Below are positions 37,426 through 48,285 of a stretch of DNA of 64,000 nt, piece after piece. The notes under the pieces were generated by a model. That model searched no databases and was not told where the DNA came from. It saw only the letters and a list, made by a program, of their open reading frames with translations. The translations under genes were made by a program, and so were the position numbers. How positions within the stretch are numbered: position 1 is the first letter of the stretch; each line of letters opens with the position of its first letter. The DNA lies in assembly GCA_963575745.1 (NCBI GenBank), contig CAUYUJ010000273.1:1-64000 (forward strand). The letters are read 5' to 3'. Source of the stretch: Prorocentrum cordatum. Lineage: Eukaryota.

Positions 37426-37593
37426 TACACCTTGGGCGATGCTTAAGAAAACCTAAGTTTTCGTCCAGAGTCTCGATGATTCTTAATTTTTCAATGTAAA
37501 TCCGATGATTTTGATAGAAGTTCTGGGTTTTATTCAATTTCTGAGACTATGAGTTTCTTAATCCATGATTTCTTAAGCATTTCGCAGGGTGTA
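37426..37593 (-). mobile_element. Family E MITE
   Basis: Reverse complement of 23808-23976; TA at both ends. Confidence 0.85.
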
Positions 37594-38399
37594 CACACAA
37601 CTCCCAGGAGTCACCGGATGTGTCCCGTATTTTCCGGGTGTTCGTCCGTCCCCCCCCCCCGCTTCCCATACTGTCCTACGTTTTCCTGGCAGTCGGCGAC
37701 TGACTGTGTCTGTGTGTGCCTCTTTCCCTCCTCCAGCAGGGCCCTCCTCCGCACTCCCAAGCAGAAAAACAGCACAAAAAACATAAGTCCTTTTTTGTGG
37801 CGCTCCGCGGATCCGCGCTGGGCGCGCCCAGTAGCTAATTAGGCATGTTTCCGCGCCCCGGACAGCTTCTGACTCCGCATGCGCCTTCGCTTGCGGACGC
37901 GACCGAAAAAAAGGATCCGCGCTGGGCGCCCCCCCTCGCTGGCGCGCGGAGGCGCCGCCGGGGGGGCCCAGCATCGAACCGAGAAGTCGGATCGGCGATC
38001 GACATGAATCGTATCGGCGGAAATCGGCAGCAGAGTCGGGAAAGACCGGATCGGCGGAAATCGGCAGGCTCGTATGCGTCCAGTGAGAGATCGGAACCCA
38101 AATCGGAATCTCAAGTCGAGTCGGACCGGAATCGGAATCCATCGAAATCGAATCGAATCGAATCGGAGGAATCGGAATGAGCCCTGGCAGGACCCTCCTC
38201 CGCACTCCCTACAAGACTAATCCAAAACTACCTTTTAGCGCTCCGCGCGGACTTCTTGGATATCCGCGCGGAGTAGCAAAAGTTTATGTTTATAACGTTG
38301 TTCCTTCTTCGACTCCCTCATAGCGTCAAGCGTTTCGCGGCGCCGATCTTTCTCGTGGCGTTTAGCGACCTCCTCTTCCTATGCTTATGTTCTCTGCCT

Positions 38400-38680
38400 A
38401 TGGCGCTGGTGTTGAGCGGACGGCAGTGCCCCCCACCGGCAAGGCGTCCGACCCTACCTTCAGAGTGGACAAAGCCCCGTCCGAGCTGCAGCACTGGAAG
38501 CTCCACCAAGCCGTCGAGGAAATATACGTGCGGGGCTGCGACCCGCAGGACCTCCTTGGCGTCCCCATCCCCGTCCTTACGTACATCCTGGGGTTCAGGA
38601 GAGCCGAGGTCGCAGACAAGCAGACCGCCGACAAGGTGCAGCTCGGCCACGACAGCGACACACAACTCTCCGCCGCCGCG
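38400..38680 (+). pseudogene. Coding-like fragment on the plus strand (PTGKASDPTFRVDKAPSELQHWKLHQAVEEIYVRGCDPQDLLGVPIPVLTYILGFRRAEVADKQTADKVQLGHDSD), unidentified
   Basis: About 80 open codons with strong GC3 bias and normal composition; antisense to the inferred host gene. Confidence 0.4.
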
Positions 38681-38844
38681 CAGCGCCCACCCTCGGCACG
38701 GCCATCCACGACCCCGACACCTCCGACACCGCCCACCCCAACACCGAAGGGTACACTGCCATCAGCACGGACGATCTCGACGAGAGCGTCGGACCCGTCT
38801 TTCAGCGCGCCAGGTCCGTCCCGAGCCTCCTGCCAGGGTTGGGC

Positions 38845-39068
38845 GCCCGAGTTATCCGGGGTAACTCGGGTCCGGGGTAACTCGGGTTTGGATCCCCGAA
38901 GAAGGAACCCGAGTTATCCCTGACCCGAGTTACCCCTGATGATTCGGGGGCTCTGGACGCCCGAATTATCCGGGGTAACTCGGGTCCGGGGTAAGTCGGG
39001 TTCGGCTTCCCGAAAAACGAACCCGAGTTAGCCCTGACCCGAGTTACCCCTGATGATTCGGGGCTCTG
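38845..39068. repeat. Two tandem ~115-bp units built from CCCGAGTTA / TAACTCGGG inverted words
   Basis: Direct reading. Confidence 0.8.
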
Positions 39069-39094
39069 ACAGGGGCTCACAAGCGGAGGGGGGC

Positions 39095-39188
39095 CTCTGC
39101 TGGAAGGAGCGCGGAGAGCACGCGCCCTCGCGGGCAGCGCCGGGCGGCCGGGAGAGAGGCGCGAGCGCTGCGAGGCCCAGGGCTCGAG
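39095..39188 (-). CDS. Candidate exon (LEPWASQRSRLSPGRPALPARARALRAPSSR)
   Basis: AG|gc donor in phase with 37364; weaker acceptor (ag|C). Confidence 0.3.
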
Positions 39189-39319
39189 CTCTCAAGGGTG
39201 CAGCTCGGCATCGTTTTGCGGTCGTCTTCCCTGGTGTTCTGCCTCCGTCCCGCCTCTCTGCTGCAGAACGAGAGCAAAACGAGAACGGTCCACGAGATCG
39301 CCCAGACTCCGACAAGCAT

Positions 39320-39470
39320 TAGGTCGGGCATGAACATCCTGCAGGCAGATGATGAAACATAGTAAACAAAAGTACTCACAAATAGTCAAAACATAATCGA
39401 ACAGTCGTCCCAAAACTATGTTTGGACTATTTTCGAATATCCCCCTGTAGAAGGACATACCCGGCTTAAG
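39320..39470. mobile_element. Family D MITE
   Basis: TTAGGTCGGGCATG...CCTGTAGAAGGACATACCCGGCTTAA. Confidence 0.7.
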
Positions 39471-39902
39471 GTTAGCTCGAACCCTGGCGATGTCAGCCGC
39501 GCTTCTCTTCGCTGCACCGACGTTGCAGACGTGCTGCAGCGGATTTCCGCATGTATCCTGCCAAAAGACGAAGCGAATTTCAGAGGATGTGTTGTAGTCT
39601 CCACTCCAGGCAAATAACAAAGTCCGCACGAAACTCAGCTCGAAATCTGGAGCGAAATTCCCTTCAGGACAAAATCCGCGCCTATCCCACTGTTGTCCGA
39701 GCGAACTCCGCTCTGCGATGTGGGCGCCACGACGTGTGTAGAGGGAGATACCCGACGTAGGTGTCGCTCCTCCTCCTCCCCCGCCGCCTCCTCCTCCCTC
39801 GCCCTCCCCCTCCAATCATGATAGAACGGTCGTCCCCAGGCTATTTTTGTCAATTAATGTTGTATTCCTCCTGCGGAAGCACATGCCCGACCCAACCGTG
39901 GC

Positions 39903-39970
39903 CTGCCTCGGATGCTCCTCGGAGGTCTCCGGGAGAGCCTTCTCAGAGGCTTCGGGTGGCCTGCGGCGGC
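39903..39970 (-). CDS. Candidate exon (RRRPPEASEKALPETSEEHPRQ)
   Basis: cccgcag|G acceptor and CAG|gc donor; phase 1-0, matching 41031. Confidence 0.5.
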
Positions 39971-40108
39971 CTGCGGGGGGGGCTCCGACGGTCTTCGGAG
40001 GCTCCCCGCGGTCTCTCCCGAGGCTCCGCGGAGGCCTCCCAAGCAGAGCTGCGGCCGTCAGGTGCTCGCAGTTCCGTGGAGCCCCTAGCGGGTTCTCTCC
40101 CCGCCCTT

Positions 40109-40136
40109 TCATCATCATCATCCTCCTCCTCATCAT

Positions 40137-40167
<31 letters not shown>

Positions 40168-40367
40168 AGCATCAGCATCGCCATCATCATCAGCATCAGC
40201 ATCATCATCTGCAGCATCAGCATCATCACCATAATCAGTATAATCATCCGCATCACCATCAGCATCATCATCAACATCATCATCACCATCAACAGCATCA
40301 TCACCATCATCATAATCACCATCAACAGCATCATCACCATCATCACCATCATCATCAACATCATCAA

Positions 40368-40399
<32 letters not shown>

Positions 40400-40412
40400 C
40401 CATCATCATTAT
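40109..40412. repeat. (CAT)n microsatellite
   Basis: Direct reading. Confidence 0.95.
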
Positions 40413-40442
40413 TATACGGAGCGAGAGGTCAGCACAATATGC

Positions 40443-40614
40443 TGAAGGGGCCCAGGGACACACAAATAAATAGACACAGATCCCAGGTGACCCTATAGTT
40501 TCCCATATCTTTCCTGGCTGTTCGTCCTTTCCCCCCCGCTTCCCATATTTTCCTATGTTGTCCTGGGAGTCGACGACGAATTCGAATTTTGTCTGTGTGA
40601 TTTTCCCCTTCTGA
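40443..40614 (+). mobile_element. Family A element
   Basis: Homologous to 10268-10430; TSD ambiguous. Confidence 0.75.
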
Positions 40615-41030
40615 AAATATGCTGGCACAGGCGCGGGCGCGCGCTTGCTTGAGCCACGATGTGGCAGCGGCGGGCGCGCACGGGCCCTCTTCGAAGGAGG
40701 AGGAGGGGACGAGGGATGAGGGGGCGAGGCAGGGAGGGGCAGGGAGGAGGGAGGGAGGGCGGGAGGAGGAAGGAGGGAGGAGGAAGAGAAGGAGGAAGAG
40801 GAAGAGGACGAGGAAGAGGAAGAGGAGGAGGAGGAGGAGGAGGAGGGGAGGAGGGGAGAGGGAGCAGCAGGGGCGAGGGAGGGAGGAGCAGAAGAGGGAG
40901 GGAGGGAGGGACGAGGGAGAGGAGGAGGGGATGAGGGAGCAGGGGCGAGGGAGGAGGGCACAGGAGGAGGGCTGGGGGAGGAGAGAGGAAAAACGGAGGG
41001 GGGAGGGGGCGCGGCACTGGCGGGGGGGGC

Positions 41031-41085
41031 CTAGCAGCTGCCCGGCGGGCGGCGCGGGAGCCGCGTCGGCGGCGGCGCTGGCCTC
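41031..41085 (-). CDS. Candidate exon (EASAAADAAPAPPAGQLL)
   Basis: ag|G acceptor, AG|gc donor, high GC3, phase 0-1. Confidence 0.5.
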
Positions 41086-41429
41086 CTCTGCGGTGGCGCG
41101 GCCCGCTGGTCAGTCGGTGCGTCGGTGCGTCGGTGCGTCGGTGCGTCGGTGAGTCGGCTGTGCTTTATTTGTTCTATGTTTGTTTGCTTTTTGTGTTTTT
41201 TTCGGTCGGTCGGCTGTCGCGTGCTGCCACCGCCCTCGCCGCCGCCCCCGCCGTCGTCCGTCCGTCGTTATCAGCGCACGTTGTCCGTCGGCCGTCGTCG
41301 TCGCCAGCCGCGCGCCCGCCCGTCGGTCCAGCCGTCGACGTCGGGGGGCGAAGGGGGGCGGAACGGGGCGCAGGGAGGGCACAGGAGGTTCGAGGCTCGA
41401 GAGTCGCGGTCTGAAGTAAGTTCCTCATG

Positions 41430-41636
41430 GGAAACACAGAGACATACTAGTACTATATGTCCTCCTTGGATGCGAGCGTCCGACCCGAACATATAGTATA
41501 CCCGTCTTGTAGTATATCGTTTCCCGAGCGGTGTGGCCAGAAAGCGCACGCCACGACGCATATACTATAAGATTTCTCGGTGCGCGCGCCGCCCCTGGGG
41601 GGGCGACGCGCATATAGTATAAGTATGTTGGGTGTG
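41430..41636 (+). mobile_element. Family F ~200-bp dispersed element
   Basis: Homolog at ~54158-54368; CATACT...AGTATG inverted sub-termini. Confidence 0.7.
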
Positions 41637-42524
41637 CGGAGGCCCCTGGAGGCCTCCAGGGGGCCTCCGGGACCCTCGGGACACCCGGAAAGACCTCGGG
41701 CGCGGAGGCGGAGGCGTGGCGGGTGCTGCGATGTTCCAACTTACGTGAGCCTCGAATGCCAGAAAGAATGTCGAGCACCTTGAAACTTGAAGCAGGAGGA
41801 GGAGGAGGAGGAGGAGGAGGAGGAGGAGGGGGAGGAGGAGGAGGAGGAGGAGGAGGAGAATGTCGAGCACCTAGCACCTAGAGCTAATGTCGAGAATGCC
41901 TTACGTGAGCCTTGACTGTCGAGCACCTAGAAACTACCGAAACTGCAGGGTCTTCCCGTGCCGGGCCCCGGGAGGCGATGCTCGTCCGACACTTCGCGCC
42001 TCCGCCTCCGCCTCCTCCGCCTCCTCCGCCTCCTCCGCCTCCTCCGCCTCCTCCGCCTCCTCCCCCGCCTCCTCCGCCTCCTCCTCCTCCTCCTCCTCCT
42101 CCTCTCGCCTCCTCCGCCTCCGCCGCCTCCTCCTCCGCCTCCGCCGCCTCCTCCCTCCTCCTCCTCCCACCTCCCTCCTCCCTCCTCCCTCCTCCTCTCC
42201 CTCCTGCCTCCTCCCTCCTCATTCCTCCCTCCTCATTCCTCCCTCCTCCCCTCCCTCCTCCCTCCCTCCCCTCCTCCCCCTCCTCCTCCTCCTCGCTCCT
42301 CCTCTCTCCCTCCCTCCTCCTCTCCTCCGCCCTCCTCCCTCCCTCCCTCCCTCTCTCCCTCCTCCCTCCTCCCTCCTCCCTCCTCCCTCCTCCCTCCTCC
42401 TCTCCTCCGACGCCGCAGCTTGTTCGTGCCGTCGGCCCCTAGGGATCCCAGCCCACATCCCATGGGGCCGGCCCTCCTTTCGCTGGGGAGGGCGGCGGTC
42501 GAGACGAGCTCTCGGGGTGAGAGC

Positions 42525-42568
42525 CTCCGGCAAGACGCCGCGCAGGCTGCTGCAACGCCGAGTCCGAC
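42525..42568 (-). CDS. Candidate exon (RTRRCSSLRGVLPE)
   Basis: aag|G acceptor and GAG|gc donor, phase 1-0. Confidence 0.4.
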
Positions 42569-42920
42569 CTTCCATGAGACCGGCGTTCTCTCCTGAGTCG
42601 TTCCAGACGGAGGGAGAGAAAGAGAGAAAGAGAGAAGAGCAGAGAGAGAGAGAGAGACAGACCAACGTCCGCGCGGATGTATTGGACTTGCGCTGGGCCC
42701 CCCTCCCTGGCGCGCGGAGCGCGCCAGGGGCGACGCCATATGCGCCGCTAAGTGGGCCCCAGCGCGGATCCGAGAAATCCGCGCGGAGCGCCGAAAGTTT
42801 ATGCTTACGTGTTTTTCCCTTCTTCGAGACGAAGAAGAAACGGCATCCAGACCGTAAACGACGAAAAGCTGGCGGTCGCGACGTTTGCTCGACGCCCGGG
42901 ACCGAGAGGGTCCCAACTAC

Positions 42921-43047
42921 GCGCGTGCGGCGGCGCGGCGGCGGCGGGCGGGCGGCTGTCCCGCAGCGCCGCCCCGGGCTCCAGCAGCGGCATCGGCGCC
43001 GGGGCCGAGGCGGGGGCCGGGACGGCGCCCTGGCCGAAGATGTCGCC
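42921..43047 (-). CDS. Exon (GDIFGQGAVPAPASAPAPMPLLEPGAALRDSRPPAAAAPPHA)
   Basis: cccgag|G acceptor; every codon ends in G/C; GT donor. Confidence 0.65.
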
Positions 43048-43131
43048 CTCGGGAGCGGTGGTGAGCGTTGTCTTATTCGACGTTCCGACATTGGGCGGAA
43101 GGTGGGGGGAGGGGGGGGTCTGGCTCTGGAC

Positions 43132-43185
43132 CTCTGCTTCGTGCGGCTGTTGGCAGTAGTGCGTCCTGTGGGGAAGGGGCTCCAC
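43132..43185 (-). CDS. Candidate exon (VEPLPHRTHYCQQPHEAE)
   Basis: ggcag|G acceptor and GAG|gt donor, 54 nt, in frame with 43047. Confidence 0.45.
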
Positions 43186-43424
43186 CTGCCTGCTGAGACA
43201 GGCGCCAGAAAAAGCCAAGATCTACCCCATGGGGGGCTGGAGGGGGGGGGCGAGGGCCCGCGCCGATCGGCAAAACAATGAATAAAGAACGACCACGTGG
43301 AGCGGCGGCGACAGCAACTGATTGACGATTAGAAACGGGTCTCGCGCGAGATTCGATGATCCTCACGGCGTGTGTCAGCGCCAACGTGTGCCTGTCCACC
43401 GAGGCCCTTCTATACGACGCAGGC

Positions 43425-43590
43425 TGATGGGCCTGTTTTCCACCATCGCCACCATAAGTTGGAGGGGGAGGGGGTCCTCCTCCTCCTCCTCCTCCTCCTC
43501 CTCCTCCTAATCCTCCTCCTCCTCCTCCTAATCCTCCTCCTCCTGCCCCCCTCCAACTTTTGGTGGTCGTGGTGGAAAGCAGGCCCGTCA
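43425..43590. mobile_element. Family B MITE with (CCT)n core, perfect 5-bp TSD CAGGC
   Basis: ~45-bp TIRs; CAGGC at 43420-43424 and 43591-43595. Confidence 0.85.
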
Positions 43591-43801
43591 CAGGCGATGC
43601 CATGATCTGCGGGCGTGGCTGAACGGGGTACAGTCGGGGCGTTGACCTAAGGAACCCTAAATAAGGAAGAAGGCCCCTGTTTTCCATAAGTTGAACTTCG
43701 ATTTCCGATCGAAAACATGAGGAAAACCAGAACTTTGAAACAATCAAGGAACACGGAGCCCCTCCCCAACCAAAAGGGTTCCTTCTTCAGGGCCCCGACT
43801 G

Positions 43802-43970
43802 TACACCCTGCGAAATGCTTTAGAAATCATAGGTTAAGAAATTCATAGTCTCAGAACTTGAATAAAAACCCAAAATGTCCATTCAAATCTTAAGATTTAC
43901 ATTGAAACGTTAAGAATAATCGAGACTCTGGCCGAAAACTTAGGTTTTCTTAAGCATCGCCTAAGGTGTA
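43802..43970 (+). mobile_element. Family E MITE
   Basis: Near-identical to 23808-23976; TA at both ends. Confidence 0.85.
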
Positions 43971-44426
43971 CACACACATTGGGCTAGCACACGTCCTGAG
44001 GATCATCGGGCGATGGCGTGGCGACCTTACGCCGTGGCTCACGCGGGCCGCCAGCGCCGGCACGCTGCATCGGAGACAAGGGCGCTTATGCGCGCCCTTT
44101 ACGCGGGCAGCTTACGCGCCAATGCCGGCGCAGACGGCCAAGTTGCTCGCGTCGCTCAACTGAACAGGGAAATTATCCGAACAACAAAAAAAACTCAAAA
44201 CATACCCCCCAAATAATCCAACAGATGTTCAGTAAAAAGTCCCCTGATTTTGTTCTGGACAATGTTTGAATACTCCTGCTGTAGAGGGGCACGCCGGACT
44301 TCATACTAGGGCAACTGTCATCGCGCTCCGCGTTCCGCGAAGCGCGACTACCCTCGCGCTCTCGCGCCGCCCTTCCCCGCCCCCCCCGGAGCCAGACGAG
44401 GGACTCGCGCGTCTCGCTCAAAAAAA

Positions 44427-44623
44427 CGCCCAGACCGCGAAGCGCGAAGCGCGACTAACTTCGCACCCTCGTGGTCGATCAATCAAGGCGCCGACTCGAT
44501 CCTTCCCTCTCCACGGCCAGTCGCTAAGACGCCCAGACCGCGAAGCGCGAAGCGCAACTAACTTCGCACCCTCGTGGTCGATCAATCAAGGCGCCGACTC
44601 GATCCTTCCCTCTCCACGGCCAG
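44427..44623. repeat. Tandem duplication, 103-bp period
   Basis: CGCCCAGACCGCGAAGCGCGAAGCGC...CTCCACGGCCAGT at 44427 and 44530. Confidence 0.9.
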
Positions 44624-44902
44624 TGGCTCACGCAGCGAAACTTCAAATAAGATGGAATGCTGTGGAAAACAGTGCCGGCCGGATCAAATATAAACCCAAC
44701 CAGCACCCTGCAGGATCGGCGTGCAGTGTTCCTGGAGGCCCTACCGTGCATATGCATGCAGCTGTCCAGGCACACCCTCATGATGGCCCCAGTTCTAGCC
44801 TGGCCGAGCTCCGCTGGCCGAGTGCGGCCGAGCAGAGTGAGTGGCCGAGCCTTTTTGCTTCCCTCGTCGCGGCGACCGCGGGGATATATCTATATATATG
44901 CA

Positions 44903-44948
<46 letters not shown>

Positions 44949-45549
44949 TTCATCTATATGTATATGTGCATATACTAGTATACTAGAACCACGCGCGCGC
45001 TACGCGCGCGCTTAGGTTCTAGTCACGGCTGCCCCACGCTTGGCGGATCTCGGGGGCTCGAGGAGGGAAAGGAGGAGGAGGAGGAGGAGGTGAGCAGGAG
45101 AGGGAAGAGGATAATGTGAAGAAGAAGAAGAAGAACAGACCCGAAGGGGAGTGCACAGGAAAAGGAGGAGGTGAGGAGGAGGAAAAGGAGGAAGAGGAGG
45201 AGGACGAGGAGGAGGAAAAGGAGGAGGAGGAAAGAGAGGAACAGGAGGAAAAGTAGGAGGAGGAGGTGAGCAGGAGGAGCAGGATCAGCAGGAGGAGCAT
45301 CAGCATCTGGAGGAGGAAGTGGAGACCAGAATAAACCTGGGAAGCACGGACGATGCTGTAGCACCCCCCCCGTCCCGTGCCCGCTCCTCACGAGTCCAGT
45401 CGAGCATTCCTTTCCAGAACCAGACGCTTCCCTTTGGAAGATGAGTGCCCCATGGGCCGTGGCGAACTTGAACAACGTGGACATGTGTGACTTCCCTGTT
45501 CTGCAAGTGTCCATCGGGCCTCCTCTTGGTTTGTGTTGAGACTCTTCGG

Positions 45550-47040
45550 CTCTTCGGAGCCCCTTGGGACCTCTTGGCGGTTTCTTGGGAGGCGTCTTGG
45601 GAGCCTCTTGGTTCCACCTGGGGGGCTCTTGGAGCGAAGATCTCGTGCTACCCTGTAGCGTTCCCCGTCTCGGGCCGCTGTCGGGGTGCGTCCGGGGCCC
45701 CTACTGGGGCCGTTCCAGGTGCTGGGGGCCATCCACAGGCCTCCGAAGCCCATCAGCATGGGGCAGGCGAGTCCGTCGATCGTTCACGGTCATTTTCCCG
45801 TCCCGCATTGGGAGCCTCTTGGGGCGTCTTAAAAGCATCTTGGGGCCACCTGGGGGGCTCTTGGAGCGAAGATCTCGTGCTCTCCTGTAGCCCTTCCCGG
45901 GCCGCCGTCGGGGCGCGTCTGGGGCCCCCAATGGGGCCGTTCCGGGTGTTGGGGGCCATCCACAGGCCTCCGAAGCCCGTCGGCATACGGCAGAGGGAAA
46001 CAATTACTGAACACTCCCCCTCCCCCAAAACTCAATGTTGGCACGCGCGGGGGACACTGCGGCCGAAGTGCATCTCATCAGACCCACCGCCAACTTTGAA
46101 CATTGGGGGGGGATGGGGAGGCGTTGACGGATGAGTGTGGCATGAGTCTTGGCTAATTTGTTTCGAGGCCTATAGGGAAGGCGAGTTCGTCAATCGTTTA
46201 CGGTGTCCCACAAATGTTGCTGACTAATTTAAGCTCTCGGTGCCATGTGGGAAACTTCTGGGGGCCTCTTCTGGACCTCTGGGAGTCGCTCGGGGGCGTC
46301 GTGGAAGCGTCTTGGGGACCCTTGGGCCCATCTTCGGGCCAGCTTGGACCACCTTGGCGGCCTCTTGCGCTGTCTGCAGGCCATCCCGGGTTGTTTTGGA
46401 GCCGCCTTGGGAAGCTCTGGAGCGCTCTTGAAGCTGTCCTGAAGGCGTCTGGGGCTCTCCATGGAAGTATCTGGACAGTTCGCTCGGATCTCGGGAGGTC
46501 TCCCCGGGGCCTCCTGGAAGCAGTTCTGGGGCCTCTCGGGGCCCGTTTCGGTGCCTGTCGGGGGCCGTTTTGGGGCCTCTCGGGCCAAGGAGGCTTCTCG
46601 GGGGCCTCTTGGGGGCATCTTGGGAGCCTCTTGGGGCCTCTTGGGGGCCTCTTGGGGGCCTCTGGGGGCCTCCTGGGGGCTTCTTGAGGCCGCGGGCCCG
46701 AAAAATCTGCTCGGATCCCCCGTCTGGGCCACTTCTTGGAGCCGTCTTGGGGCCCTCTTGGGACGGGCCGTCTTGGAAGAATCTTGGGCCGTCTTGTGGC
46801 GATCTTGGGGGCCCCTTGGGCCGTCTTGGAGCTTCGGGAAGCGGAAAGGCGAGAACCAAAAACCGTGTAAAAATCACTGGAAACACCAGCAACATTGGCG
46901 TTCTCTTGGGCCGTCTTGGGACCATCTTGGGTGTCTTGGAGCGATCTTTGGCCGTCTCGGGTCCCTCTTGGACCATCTTGGGGGCCTCCTGGGGTCGTCT
47001 CGCAGGCCTCTTGGGCCGTCTCGAGGCCCCTGGAAGTCCC
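45550..47040. repeat. GGGGCCTCTT-type degenerate minisatellite / dispersed repeat
   Basis: Many GGGGCCTCTTGG / GGGCCGTCTTGG words; includes an internal duplication (~45620-45750 versus ~45850-45980). Confidence 0.85.
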
Positions 47041-47116
47041 GGGGAAGGGGGTACGAAAAGGTGCCCACAAATGGTTGCGGAGTGGCCGCACACCGGGTAA
47101 GGGGGGGGCGTCTATT

Positions 47117-47437
47117 GTAAGGTCGAGCATGTCCCCTACAGGCGGATTTTGGACGAAACATGAAAAGTGGCAAAAACATTCCAATAACAATCAAAAGTAG
47201 TCCAGAAAATCCTCCCCAGGTTATTATTTATCATGTCTGAACCTTCCTCCTGTAGAGGGACATGTCCGACTTCAGTTAAAGTCTGGCCTGTCCCTCTACA
47301 GGGGGAATATTCAAAAGTAGCAAAAGAAATATACAGGGACGATGTCTTGACTATGTTCGACAATGTTTGGAATATGTTTCGGGTATTCTTTATTTGCCGT
47401 CCAAATTCGGCCTATAGGGGGAAAATGCCCGACCTAA
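47117..47437. mobile_element. Two tandem family D MITE copies
   Basis: GGTCGAGCATGTCCCCTACAGG...GGACATGTCCGAC, then AGTCTGGCCTGTCCCTCTACAGG...ATGCCCGACCTAA. Confidence 0.7.
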
Positions 47438-47451
47438 ACTTAAAACTATCT

Positions 47452-48098
47452 TTATGTTGCTCCCGTCGTTCTTAAGGACCACATCCCAGAAATGAGTTCG
47501 AGCGCCCGGAAGGTGTCGAAACAGTGTCGCAACCGTGTCGGACGAGTGTCTCCCAGGGCCCGACACGTGAAAACCACTGAGTTTCCGCACTTCTTTGGGG
47601 GGCTCGACATTCTTTCTCGTGATCAGGTCTAAAGTAGGCTGGAACATCATAAGTCTATCTATCCGTACACTGCATCGGGGGGGAGGGAGTCGAGCAGACG
47701 GGTCGCGCGGGGCGGCCGGCGGTCCCCGGTCGTCGGGGGTCGGGAAGCCAGGAGGGCGGTGGACGGAGCGAGGAGGGGGGAGGAGGATCGAGGAGGAAGG
47801 GGCGTCGATGAGGCGGATCGAGGAGGCGGAAGGAACGAACGCCTCCTCAAGACCGGGAGCAGGAGGAGGCGGAGGACGATCGAGGAGGAGGAAGAGGTGT
47901 CGAGGATGATGTTGCTCCCATCGTACTTAGGGAGAACATCCCAGAAACAATTTCGAGCACCCAGAAAGGTATCGAAACGGTGTCGAACGAGTATCGCCTC
48001 CCAGGGCCATACACGCGAAAACCCTCCAGTTTGGGTAATTCCTTGGTTCTCGAAATTATTTTGGGTGATCATGGCTAAAGTAGGTTGGGACATCGTAA
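47452..48098 (+). mobile_element. Two family H elements (47452-47652, 47907-48098)
   Basis: ATGTTGCTCCC...AAAGTAGG(C/T)TGG(A/G)ACATC shared with copies at 9820, 21144 and 57519. Confidence 0.75.
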
Positions 48099-48254
48099 AT
48101 CGAGGAGGAGGATCGAGGAGGAGGAAGGGAAGAAGGCCTCCTCAAGACCGAGAGCAGGAGGAGGCGGAGGACGATCGAGGAGGAGGATCGCTGATCGCTG
48201 ATCGATGCCTTCTCCTCCGCCTCGTCCCTCTCCTCCTCATCGTCCTCCTCCTCC

Positions 48255-48285
<31 letters not shown>

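Noticed and set aside
46198..47190. 330-aa PRGPQEAPKRP-type repeat ORF
   Set aside because: Translation of the GGGGCCTCTT minisatellite, open in several frames on both strands
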